Source of the DNA: Thermodesulfobacteriota bacterium
Lineage (GTDB): Bacteria; Desulfobacterota; Desulfobulbia; Desulfobulbales; SURF-16
DNA length: 19,143 nucleotides
Reading direction: 5' to 3'
Assembly (NCBI GenBank): GCA_039715015.1
Contig: JBDLIE010000051.1
Coordinates: forward strand, 1 to 19,143
Below are positions 6,752 through 15,478 of the stretch, piece after piece. Positions within the stretch are counted from its first letter, which is position 1; each line of letters opens with the position of its first letter. A program made the position numbers and the translations under genes. The notes below the pieces were generated by a model. It saw only the letters and a program-made list of their open reading frames with translations, had not been told where the DNA came from and did no database searches.

Positions 6752-7450
6752 ATGCGTTCATATGAAAGAAATAATAACGAGTTGCGCCCGGTAAGCATTG
6801 AGCGGGGTTTTCAGCCCGGCGCCGATGCCTCGGTGCTGATAAAAATGGGTAATACCCATGTGAGCTGCGCTGTCACCATCGAAGAGAAGGTGCCGCCTTT
6901 TTTGCGCGATACCGGTAAGGGCTGGATCACTGCCGAATACGGTATGCTGCCCTGTTCCACCAATAGCCGGATGCAGCGCGAGGCGGCCCGGGGTCGTTCC
7001 GGCCGCACCTACGAGATCCAGCGCCTCATCGGCCGGGCCCTGCGGATGATGGTGGATCTGGACACCATTGGCGAGCGAACCTTACGCGTTGACTGCGACG
7101 TGATTAATGCCGATGGCGGCACCCGCACCGCCTCCATCACCGGTGCGGCTCTGGCCATGAAAGATGCCTTTGCCAAGCTGGATGAGACCGGGACCTTGGC
7201 CATGCCGGAGCTCACCCCAGTGGCTGCCATCAGTGTTGGTGTCGTTGAAGGCGAGGCCAGATTGGACCTTGACTATGTTGAAGATTCCAGCGCCGAGGCG
7301 GATGCCAATTTTGTGATGACCGGGGACGGCCGGATTATAGAGGCCCAGTCCACGGCCGAGGGTCAGCCCTTTAGCCGCACCCAGTTTGATCAGCTCCTTG
7401 ATCTGGCTGAAAAGGGCGTGGCAGAGCTGCTGGAGTTGTGGCAGCAATAG
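6752..7450 (+). CDS. rph: ribonuclease PH
   Basis: [20 protein letters not shown]..., [29 protein letters not shown] and [19 protein letters not shown] align closely with E. coli RNase PH. GAGGA lies at 6742-6746, upstream of the ATG at 6752. Confidence 0.95.
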   Translation: MRSYERNNNELRPVSIERGFQPGADASVLIKMGNTHVSCAVTIEEKVPPFLRDTGKGWITAEYGMLPCSTNSRMQREAARGRSGRTYEIQRLIGRALRMMVDLDTIGERTLRVDCDVINADGGTRTASITGAALAMKDAFAKLDETGTLAMPELTPVAAISVGVVEGEARLDLDYVEDSSAEADANFVMTGDGRIIEAQSTAEGQPFSRTQFDQLLDLAEKGVAELLELWQQ

Positions 7451-7455
7451 GTTAT

Positions 7456-7480
7456 GGAGGAGCCCGGCCCTCCGGGCGAT
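7456..7480. repeat. single arm of the GTAGGAGC REP-like family
   Basis: TGGAGGAGCCCGGCCCTCCGGGCGAT has the same layout as the left arm at 2743-2768, with a compensatory change in the inner stem (GCCCGG..CCGGGC versus GCCCAC..GTGGGC). The following spacer (GACTGTAATTTCAT) resembles the spacer at 2779-2793 (GACAGTAAAATTCAT). Confidence 0.7.
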
Positions 7481-7502
7481 TATAAGACTGTAATTTCATG
7501 CT

Positions 7503-7630
7503 CTAGGAGCAGCCCATGGGCATTCGAAGTCTTCGCTTATCTCCTTTGGGGGCACCAGTCCGCCGGCAGTGAAGAGCTTTTTTCTGTTTCGGGCACGTCC
7601 CCTATCGCTCACAGGGGTGAGCTCCTACGG
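7503..7630. repeat. MITE/REP-like element, ~128 bp, with TAGGAGC...GCTCCTACGG inverted ends
   Basis: It starts with CTAGGAGCAGCCCATGGGCATTCGAAGTCTTCGCTTATCTCCT and ends with TATCGCTCACAGGGGTGAGCTCCTACGG. It shares its ends and the 23-nt core TTCGAAGTCTTCGCTTATCTCCT with the element at 11793-11902. Confidence 0.8.
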
Positions 7631-7646
7631 CGTACGTAAGAGTTCC

Positions 7647-7672
7647 GTCATTCCCGCCTCTGCTGGAATGAC
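7647..7672. repeat. short hairpin GTCATTCC-N10-GGAATGAC
   Basis: It has a perfect 8-bp stem and a 10-nt loop, directly after the repeat element. Its function is unknown. Confidence 0.6.
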
Positions 7673-7728
7673 TTGAACAAAAAAACGGCAAAATTCAACA
7701 TTCGAAATTCAAGCTTTTAACAGTATAA

Positions 7729-8841
<1,113 letters not shown>

Positions 8842-8912
8842 GAACTTCTTGTAATAATAAGAATGTTAAATTTATGTCGTTTTTGACGTAATAGAAATTT
8901 GGAGGAAAAGTA

Positions 8913-9248
8913 ATGTCCACTTTAGCATACGCTGCTGATGCCGCTTCAGGCGGAGGCCCCAGTACCCTGGCCAGTTTTGTGCCGATGATTCTCATTTTCG
9001 TTGTTTTTTATTTCCTGCTTATCCGTCCCCAGCAGAGAAAGGCCCGCGAGCAGCAGAATTTTTTAGGCAACCTGCAAAAGGGTGATGAAGTAGTAACCAG
9101 CGGCGGCATTTATGGCAAGATCACCGGTCTTACCGATACCGTGGTTACTCTGGAAATCGCCGATAGCCTGCGGATTAAGGTTTCCCGGTCAGCAATCTCC
9201 ATGTCTGCCGATGCTGCCCAGAAGCCGGCCTGTACCTCAAGCGGCTGA
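8913..9248 (+). CDS. yajC: preprotein translocase subunit YajC
   Basis: It has a single TM (FVPMILIFVVFYFLLIRPQQRK) followed by GDEVVTSGGIYGKITGL..VVTLEIA. It sits directly after tgt, the classical arrangement. GGAGGA lies 7 nt upstream of the ATG. Confidence 0.9.
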   Translation: MSTLAYAADAASGGGPSTLASFVPMILIFVVFYFLLIRPQQRKAREQQNFLGNLQKGDEVVTSGGIYGKITGLTDTVVTLEIADSLRIKVSRSAISMSADAAQKPACTSSG

Positions 9249-9280
9249 GCCAGCAAGAGATAAAATCGCCGGGTGCGATT

Positions 9281-9330
9281 AAAAACAAAAAAGGCCTGCT
9301 GACAAAATGTCAGCAGGCCTTTTTTGTTTC
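9281..9330. terminator. bidirectional rho-independent terminator shared by yajC (+) and the U32 gene (-)
   Basis: A perfect 13-bp stem AGGCCTGCTGACA / TGTCAGCAGGCCT (9292-9304 / 9308-9320) is flanked by an A-run upstream and a T-run downstream. Confidence 0.85.
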
Positions 9331-9349
9331 TATCCTACCGGGATCGGTA

Positions 9350-10579
9350 TCAGCGTACTCTCCGTACCAAACCGTACTGCTGCCAGGATATATCTTTGTC
9401 GGCAAAGACCTTGACAGTGAGGCCTGGGTTGGCCTGTTCTAAGGGGCCATCGTCTAAGGTACGAACCTCTGTAACGATGAAGGGGATATTCTGGAGGCCT
9501 GGCCCCATGTATTCAAGCTCATCGCCGGGCCTGATGACGTTGCGGATTTCCATCAGTACCGGACTGCCCTCCCCGGCAATGATGGCAGCGGGGACATAGT
9601 CCTGGGTGACCTTTGGGCCGCTGTAGAGCATATTGGCTGCATCCACCGAGCCATCGAAAAAATTCTCCGAATAGCCGCGGGAGCCCAGTTTGAGCACCTC
9701 GGTCATGAATTCCGGCGGCATCACTGTCTCGGAGGTGGGGTCTGCGGCCTGGGCCTCGGCAATATAATCAAGGGCGGCCCGGTAAATCCTGATGATCCCC
9801 CCGGCATAATAGATGCCCTTCATCCTCCCTTCAATTTTGATGGAATCCACCCCGGCGGCAAGCAGTTCCGGCAGGCGATTGATCAGGCAGAGATCCTTGG
9901 AGTTAAAGATGTAGACACCGCGCTCATCCTCCACCACCGGCAAATACTCGCCAGGTCTTTTTTCCTCCTCCAGCCGGTAATTATAGCGGCAGGGATGGGC
10001 GCAGGCCCCTTTGTTGGCGTCGCGGCCGGTGAGGTAGTGGCTGAGCATGCAGCGCCCGGAGTAGGAGATGCACAGGGCGCCATGGACAAAGACCTCCACC
10101 TTGGCGGCCAAGGTCTCTTTAACCTCAGCTATTTCAGCCAGGGACAGCTCCCGGGCCAGATTGACCCGGCTCGCCCCCATCTCTTGCCAGAACAGGGCCG
10201 CCTCCTTATTTGTGATATTGGCCTGGGTGGAGATATGGATGACCATCTCGGGGACGATTTTCCTGGCCATCCGGAAGATGCCGGGATCGGAGATGATCAG
10301 GGCATCGACGCCAAGGGCTGAAAGTTCGCGGAGATAGTCGGGCAGGGCGGCCAGGTCTCGATTATGGGCCATGATGTTGACAGTGACAAAGACCCGTACG
10401 CCGCGGTGGTGGGCAAAGGCCACGGCTGCCGCCAGTTCGTCGCTGTCAAAATTGACTGCCTTGGCGCGCAGGCCAAAGGCCTTGCCGCCCAGATAGACGG
10501 CATCGGCTCCATAATGGATGGCGGTTTTCAGTTTTTCAAGGCTACCGGCCGGGGCCAGCAGTTCAGGAGGGGAGATCAT
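9350..10579 (-). CDS. peptidase U32 family protein (YegQ/TrhP / YdcP/RlhA-like)
   Basis: The N-terminal ELLAPAGSLEKLKTAIHYGADAVYLGG is the U32 hallmark. Downstream are GVDALIISD, VHGALCISYSGRC and ACAHPCR. Which U32 subfamily it belongs to cannot be decided by eye. Confidence 0.85.
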   Translation of the reverse strand: MISPPELLAPAGSLEKLKTAIHYGADAVYLGGKAFGLRAKAVNFDSDELAAAVAFAHHRGVRVFVTVNIMAHNRDLAALPDYLRELSALGVDALIISDPGIFRMARKIVPEMVIHISTQANITNKEAALFWQEMGASRVNLARELSLAEIAEVKETLAAKVEVFVHGALCISYSGRCMLSHYLTGRDANKGACAHPCRYNYRLEEEKRPGEYLPVVEDERGVYIFNSKDLCLINRLPELLAAGVDSIKIEGRMKGIYYAGGIIRIYRAALDYIAEAQAADPTSETVMPPEFMTEVLKLGSRGYSENFFDGSVDAANMLYSGPKVTQDYVPAAIIAGEGSPVLMEIRNVIRPGDELEYMGPGLQNIPFIVTEVRTLDDGPLEQANPGLTVKVFADKDISWQQYGLVRRVR

Positions 10580-10748
10580 AGGTATATATCCACTTTATTA
10601 CCAGGCCAGCCTCAGGTATGGAGGCTGAAGAAATTGTCAAAGGCTATAAGGTCTGGTGGTCTACTTTATGGCAAACTTAAATCATAAATCTTAAAACCGA
10701 AATCTTAATCTCTTAACACTGGAAGTCAAATACAGTACAGTCTTTGTC

Positions 10749-11786
10749 ATGATGAATAATTTCCAAGACATAGCCGTAATCGGCGCTGGTAGTTGGGGCA
10801 CGGCCCTGGCCAAGTTGCTCAGCGACAAGGGGCACCGGGTTGCTCTCTGGGGCCACGATGAACAGCATATCGATGCCGTTCAGGCTGAGCGGCAGAACAA
10901 GAAATACCTGCCCGGCTTTGATTTGGCCGGCACCCTCACTGCCAGTCATGATCTTAAAAAGACCGTTGCCGGCAAACCGGTGATTCTCATGGTGGTGCCC
11001 TCCCATGTCAGTCGCGAGGTGTTTCGTCAGGTGCTTGTGGAGATGACCGGCGAGGCCATCATTATCTCGGCCGCCAAAGGTATTGAAAATGATTCTCTGC
11101 TCACCATGACCCAGGTTATGGCTGAAGAACTGAGAAAGGCCGGGAAAACTGGCAGGCTTGGCGTCCTTACCGGACCCTCTTTTGCTAAAGAGGTGGCTCA
11201 GCGCATCCCCACTGCCGTCAGTGTTGCCGGCCAGGACAAGGAGACGGCCCAGGCCATCCAGCGCATATTCTTCACTGATCGCTTCCGGGTCTATACCTCC
11301 ACCGACCTCATCGGTCTTGAGCTGGGTGGCGCCCTTAAAAATCCCATTGCCATTGCCGCCGGTATCTGTGACGGGGCGGGTTACGGTACCAACACCCGGG
11401 CGGCACTCATTACCCGCGGTCTTGCCGAAATCACCCGCCTGGGCGTCAAAATGGGGGCCTCTCCCCTGACCTTTGCCGGTCTCTGCGGTTTAGGTGACCT
11501 GGTCCTTACCTGTACCGGCGATCTGTCGCGAAACCGTACGGTGGGCGTCAAGCTCGGCCAGGGGCAGAGCCTGAGCGCTATCCTGGCTGAAATGGAGATG
11601 GTGGCTGAAGGTGTCAAGACCACCCGTTCCGCCTGGGATTTAGCGAACCGTGAAGGTGTGGAGATGCCCATCTTAGAGCAGATGTATAAGGTTCTGTATG
11701 AAGACAAGCCTTGCGATGAGGCGGTCCATGATCTCCTCACCCGTGACCAGAAGGGCGAGGATGAGTTCAGCGCCGCCTTAAGCTGA
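10749..11786 (+). CDS. gpsA: NAD(P)H-dependent glycerol-3-phosphate dehydrogenase
   Basis: It has the Rossmann motif IAVIGAGSWGTALA, plus GPSFAKEV, GALKNPIAIAAGI, LITRGLAEI and GDLVLTCTGDLSRNR. The start is ATG 10749 or 10752. Confidence 0.95.
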   Translation: MMNNFQDIAVIGAGSWGTALAKLLSDKGHRVALWGHDEQHIDAVQAERQNKKYLPGFDLAGTLTASHDLKKTVAGKPVILMVVPSHVSREVFRQVLVEMTGEAIIISAAKGIENDSLLTMTQVMAEELRKAGKTGRLGVLTGPSFAKEVAQRIPTAVSVAGQDKETAQAIQRIFFTDRFRVYTSTDLIGLELGGALKNPIAIAAGICDGAGYGTNTRAALITRGLAEITRLGVKMGASPLTFAGLCGLGDLVLTCTGDLSRNRTVGVKLGQGQSLSAILAEMEMVAEGVKTTRSAWDLANREGVEMPILEQMYKVLYEDKPCDEAVHDLLTRDQKGEDEFSAALS

Positions 11787-11792
11787 ATTTTT

Positions 11793-11902
11793 TGTAGGAG
11801 CACCCCAGGGGGTTCGAAGTCTTCGCTTATCTCCTCCGGGGCGACAAGAGGTGATCTTTTGCTTATCCCCCCCCTTATCGCTCCCAGGGGCGAGCTCCTA
11901 CG
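11793..11902. repeat. MITE/REP-like element, ~110 bp, same family as 7503-7630
   Basis: It runs from TGTAGGAGCACCCCAGGGGGTTCGAAGTCTTCGCTTATCTCCT to TATCGCTCCCAGGGGCGAGCTCCTACGG. It has terminal inverted GTAGGAGC/GCTCCTAC ends and the identical 23-nt internal core. It starts 7 nt after the gpsA stop. Confidence 0.8.
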
Positions 11903-11983
11903 GTATCCTGTTTCGAAAATGGCTGAAAAGGAGCGGTAAGCAGAAAAAATTATGCAAACCCCTGCCAAACATTCTAAGAAAAA

Positions 11984-13015
11984 ATGATCAAGCTGACCCA
12001 GACCGTTAAAGCCTCAGGTTGAGCGGCCAAAATAAGTCCGGGGGACCTGGACAATATTCTCTGTGGCTTGGAAATGCCCACAGATCCTAATCTCATTGTC
12101 GGCGCCTGCGGCTATGACGACGCCGGGGTTTATCGCCTTAACAACGACACTGCCCTTATCCAAACCGTGGATTTCTTCACGCCCATTGTCGACGACCCCT
12201 ACCATTTCGGCCAGATAGCAGCGGCCAATTCGCTGAGCGACGTCTATGCCATGGGCGGCAGGCCTATTCTGGCCATGAATATTGTCGCCTTTCCCATCAA
12301 TGTCATGAATAGGTCGATCCTCAAGGATATCCTGGCCGGAGGCCTTGATAAGATCCAAGAGGCAGGCGCCCTGCTCGTCGGCGGTCATTCAGTGGAGGAT
12401 GTGGAAACCAAGTATGGTCTGTCGGTCACAGGTACTGTCCATCCTGACCAGGTGCTGCTTAACTCCGGTGCCCAGGTTGGCGACCACCTCCTCCTCACCA
12501 AACCAATTGGCACCGGCATTCTGTCCACCGCTATCAAGGGTGGATTGGCCGATGACAAGTTAGAAGCGGAGATCACCAGCTGCATGGCCTGTCTCAATAA
12601 GGATGGTGGTGAGGCCATGGCTGGTTTGGCCCACGGGGCCACCGATATCACCGGTTTCGGCCTGCTGGGCCATGCCCAGGAAATGGCTGCTGCCAGCAAG
12701 GTTGCTATCCGTCTCGATCTGGCCGCCATTCCGCTTTTGTTCCAGACTTTGGATTTTGCTAATATGGGTATCATCCCGGAGGGGGGGCATAAGAATTTGA
12801 AGTTTTATCGTAAATGTCTGACAAGCTCTCTTCCTGAGGGAGATGTCATGGAACTTATTCTGGCTGATCCCCAGACATCCGGTGGCCTGCTTATCGCCGC
12901 TTCCCTGGAGAACATTTTGGAAATCCAGAAAAAAATTGCAGCCAGCGGCCATCCCTACGAAACAGCCATTATCGGTGAAGTTGTCGCTGGTGAAGCGGGC
13001 ACCATCACCATCTAA
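11984..13015 (+). CDS. selD: selenide, water dikinase (selenophosphate synthetase), selenocysteine-containing form with an in-frame UGA
   Basis: The tracked ORF (12068-13015) lacks the catalytic N-terminus. Reading the same frame from ATG 11984 gives MIKLTQTVKASG-U-AAKISPGDLDNILCGLEMP..., with TGA at 12020-12022. That position corresponds to the active-site Cys/Sec (E. coli has LTQYSHGAGCGCKISP). The 343-aa length matches SelD. The rest shows GYDDAGVY, VDFFTPIVDDPY.FG.IAAANSLSDVYAMGG and GGHS. Confidence 0.85.
12020..12050 (+). promoter_or_regulatory. UGA-Sec codon plus candidate SECIS hairpin
   Basis: Directly 3' of the UGA is CCA-AAAUAA-GUCC-GGG-GGAC-C-UGG (12027-12050). It can fold as an interrupted stem with a G-rich apical loop at the distance expected for a bacterial SECIS. 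The fold was drawn by eye only. Confidence 0.4.
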
Positions 13016-13021
13016 AATGAG

Positions 13022-13088
13022 GAGTTGAGAAGTAAGAAGCTGAAACGAGGATAACGTACCGTCTTCATAACTTCTTATTTCTCAACTT
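13022..13088. repeat. long imperfect hairpin downstream of selD
   Basis: GAGTTGAGAAGTAAGAAG (13022-13039) pairs with CTTCTTATTTCTCAACTT (13071-13088) at 16 of 18 positions (17 of 18 if one G-U pair is counted), with a 31-nt loop. Confidence 0.6.
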
Positions 13089-13102
13089 CACAAATTCTCA
13101 AA

Positions 13103-13145
13103 CAAAAAAGGCCGGGACAGCTTCAAACTGTCCCGGCCTTTTTAT
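13103..13145. terminator. bidirectional rho-independent terminator between convergent selD and pit
   Basis: An 11-bp GC-rich stem GGCCGGGACAG / CTGTCCCGGCC (13110-13120 / 13128-13138) is flanked by an A-run and a T-run. Confidence 0.85.
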
Positions 13146-13165
13146 GCGACTCTCTTTCCTGAAGC

Positions 13166-14479
13166 TTAAGGGGCGAGAACCCCGATCAGTGCATCAAGAA
13201 ACAGGGCCCGGCCGATCACAAAAAGGACAATGGACAGGATGGCGGCAATGGGCACCGTGATAAACCAGGAGCCGAAGATATTACGGGTAACATCGCGGTC
13301 AATACCGCCGAAACCTCGGGCCAGGCCGATGCCCATGATGGCACCCACCAGGGTGTGGGTGGTTGAAACCGGCAGGGCCATCCTGGTGCAGATCAGGACC
13401 GTGGCTGTGGCGGCAATATCAGCAGCCACCCCGCGCGAGGGAGTAATCTCGGTGATCTTGGTGCCCACTGTGGTCATGACCTTATGGCCATAGCTGGCAA
13501 GGCCAAGGACTATGCCACCACCGCCCAGGCAGAGAACCCAGGTGGGAACCCCCACCTTCATGCTGACATCGCCGGTCTGGAGAATATTGACAATGGCGGC
13601 AAAGGGGCCCACTGCATTGGCCACGTCATTGGCGCCGTGGGCAAAGGCCACCGAACAGGAGCTGATGATGACCAGAGGTACGAAAACCGACTCCACGGCC
13701 TCAAGCTGTTTGGAGATGGGCAAGTCCTTCTTGTCCTGGAGCTTGGCCTTAACATAAAACCGTGAGACAACGGCGCTGAAAAGAGCCAGGCCCACGGCTA
13801 TCACCAGCGACATATCGTCGGTGAGCCAGGTGATATTGCCGATAACATGCTTGAGCCCTTTATAGATCGTGGCCAGGCAAACAACAAAGATAAGGAGAAA
13901 GACGATGGCCGGGGTGTAGATAATGGCGGCCCGGGCCGGTCGGGTGCGGCCCAGGATATGGCGAGAGATAAATTTAAAGAGGATAAAGGCGCAGGCTCCG
14001 CCGACAACGGGCGAGATAAACCAGGAGGCGACAATCTGACTCATTTTAACCCAGTTCACGGCCTCAACACCGGCGGCGATAATGCCGAAACCTGCCACGG
14101 CGCCGACAATGGAATGGGTGGTGGAGACCGGCATAGCGATCATTGTCGCCACATTAAGCCAGATAGCGGCGCAGAGCAGGGCGGCAGCCATGCCGATGAC
14201 AATGATGGCCGCGGCCTCGCCCTCGCGCAGGCCCGGCAGATTGATAATCATGGAGGGGTCGACGATCCCCTTGCGCACTGTATTGGTGACATGGGAGCCA
14301 ACCAGGACGGCGCCGGCAAATTCGCAGAGGCCGGCCAGAATAACCGCCTGCTTGATACTGAGCGCCTTTGAGCCCACGGCATCTGCCATGGAGTTGGCCA
14401 CATCATTGGCACCAATGTTCCAGGCCATGTACAGGCCGATGACGGCTGTTACCCCGATGATAAAAATGGTTATATCCAT
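13166..14479 (-). CDS. pit: inorganic phosphate transporter, PiT family
   Basis: The duplicated PiT signature GANDVANS/GANDVANA occurs in both halves (WNIGANDVANSMA and AHGANDVANAVGP), with about 10-12 hydrophobic segments. The start is taken as ATG 14479 (MDITIFIIG...). The track's longer ORF begins at a TTG (14533), which I consider less likely. Confidence 0.9.
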   Translation of the reverse strand: MDITIFIIGVTAVIGLYMAWNIGANDVANSMADAVGSKALSIKQAVILAGLCEFAGAVLVGSHVTNTVRKGIVDPSMIINLPGLREGEAAAIIVIGMAAALLCAAIWLNVATMIAMPVSTTHSIVGAVAGFGIIAAGVEAVNWVKMSQIVASWFISPVVGGACAFILFKFISRHILGRTRPARAAIIYTPAIVFLLIFVVCLATIYKGLKHVIGNITWLTDDMSLVIAVGLALFSAVVSRFYVKAKLQDKKDLPISKQLEAVESVFVPLVIISSCSVAFAHGANDVANAVGPFAAIVNILQTGDVSMKVGVPTWVLCLGGGGIVLGLASYGHKVMTTVGTKITEITPSRGVAADIAATATVLICTRMALPVSTTHTLVGAIMGIGLARGFGGIDRDVTRNIFGSWFITVPIAAILSIVLFVIGRALFLDALIGVLAP

Positions 14480-14569
14480 ATAAAACAAAGGCTGAACACT
14501 CTCTCCCAAGGTGATCAACCCTCCTCCCTTCAAAAAATTAAAACAGATGGTCGGTTGCAGGCCGGACTT

Positions 14570-15247
14570 CTATTTATGAATCATGGCCCTTAAAAAGTCC
14601 CCGGCATTTTCCGCCTCATTGGCAATGGCGGAGAGTTTGAGCAGCATCTTTTCATAGAACATGATGTCGATGGGACTCACCTGGTCCTCTAGCTCGTAGA
14701 TGGCTTTGGAAAGTTTGCGGGCCAGTTTGTCGGCCTTCCACTCTTCCTCGCCCAAGGTGTTCGTGAGCTCAAGAACCATCCGTGCCTCAGCACCGGAAAA
14801 GGAGACCTCTGCCAGGTTCTTGAATTCTACTGCCGCGGTGAGCAGGGTGCCGCTGACCTGAAAAATCTGGGTAACAAAGTCCATGAATTTTTCATGGAGG
14901 TCCGGATGCAGCCTGGTTTTGCGGATCGTCAGAATAACAGAAACATCTTCGGCGTAGTCGGCCATTTTTTCCTGGCATTGCAGGAAACCGTCAAGCTCCT
15001 CCCGGTTCACCGGCAGGAAATAACGGCGGGGCAGATGATCGCGGATATCGTGTTTGAGCTGGTCCGCTTGATACTCCGTTTTCGATACCCGGTACTGGAG
15101 CTCTTCAAGCCACTCCCAATCCTCGGCAATGAGGGCCTCGATCATGGGCTTTACAAGCTCTACACACTCGTGCACCTTGCGGGCATGGTCAACAAGATGA
15201 CCAATGGGGGAGTTCCCCAGTAAGTCTCCAATAATTGTCATGAGCAT
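14570..15247 (-). CDS. DUF47 / TIGR00153 PhoU-like protein (Pit accessory protein)
   Basis: It is a ~225-aa all-helical protein lying immediately upstream of, and co-directional with, the PiT gene; this pairing is well known. AGGAG lies just upstream, and the second ATG (15241) has better spacing than the first. Confidence 0.8.
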   Translation of the reverse strand: MLMTIIGDLLGNSPIGHLVDHARKVHECVELVKPMIEALIAEDWEWLEELQYRVSKTEYQADQLKHDIRDHLPRRYFLPVNREELDGFLQCQEKMADYAEDVSVILTIRKTRLHPDLHEKFMDFVTQIFQVSGTLLTAAVEFKNLAEVSFSGAEARMVLELTNTLGEEEWKADKLARKLSKAIYELEDQVSPIDIMFYEKMLLKLSAIANEAENAGDFLRAMIHK

Positions 15248-15478
15248 ACTCCTAAATTGTAATGTCCGGTGGCATGGCTAAACGGCGCAACAGTACTTCA
15301 GCTTCAGGCCAAAGTCAACGTTGATCCTTCTGGGTGTAAGTTGCCGAAATAACGTTTGTTTTGTTTTGAAAAAGGCGCATGCGCTTAAAAAAATATCGCC
15401 TGGCCAATCCGTTTTAATGGTAGCATAACAGGGCTTAAAAAGGGTAGAAGGTTTGTGAAAGGCCCTTTTCTTAACTAA

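Noticed and set aside
7454-7639. 61-aa ORF downstream of rph
   Set aside because: It lies entirely within the REP/MITE-like repeat copies (7456-7630). Its reading frame is a by-product of the palindromic repeats.
8842-9330. tgt-yajC is not followed by secD/secF, breaking the classical synteny
   Set aside because: yajC is followed by a clear terminator. secDF is often located elsewhere in non-enteric bacteria, so this is not anomalous enough to report.
11381-11968. 195-aa minus-strand ORF
   Set aside because: It is antisense to the well-supported gpsA gene and runs through the 11793-11902 repeat. Its Arg/Ser/Pro-rich composition is typical of shadow ORFs in GC-rich coding DNA.
14480-14533. 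TTG-initiated 18-codon extension of the PiT ORF (MKGGGLITLGESVQPLFY)
   Set aside because: The GGGAGGAGGG run inside it looks more like untranslated or SD-like sequence than coding. PiT proteins typically begin directly with the first TM helix (MDITIFIIG). The exact start remains unverified.
15375-15384. Perfect 10-bp palindrome GCGCATGCGC flanked by A-runs in the DUF47 / CN-hydrolase intergenic region
   Set aside because: It is too short and loop-less to be a terminator, and no second copy or known operator consensus (such as a Pho box) is recognisable. It may be a binding site, but I cannot support that.
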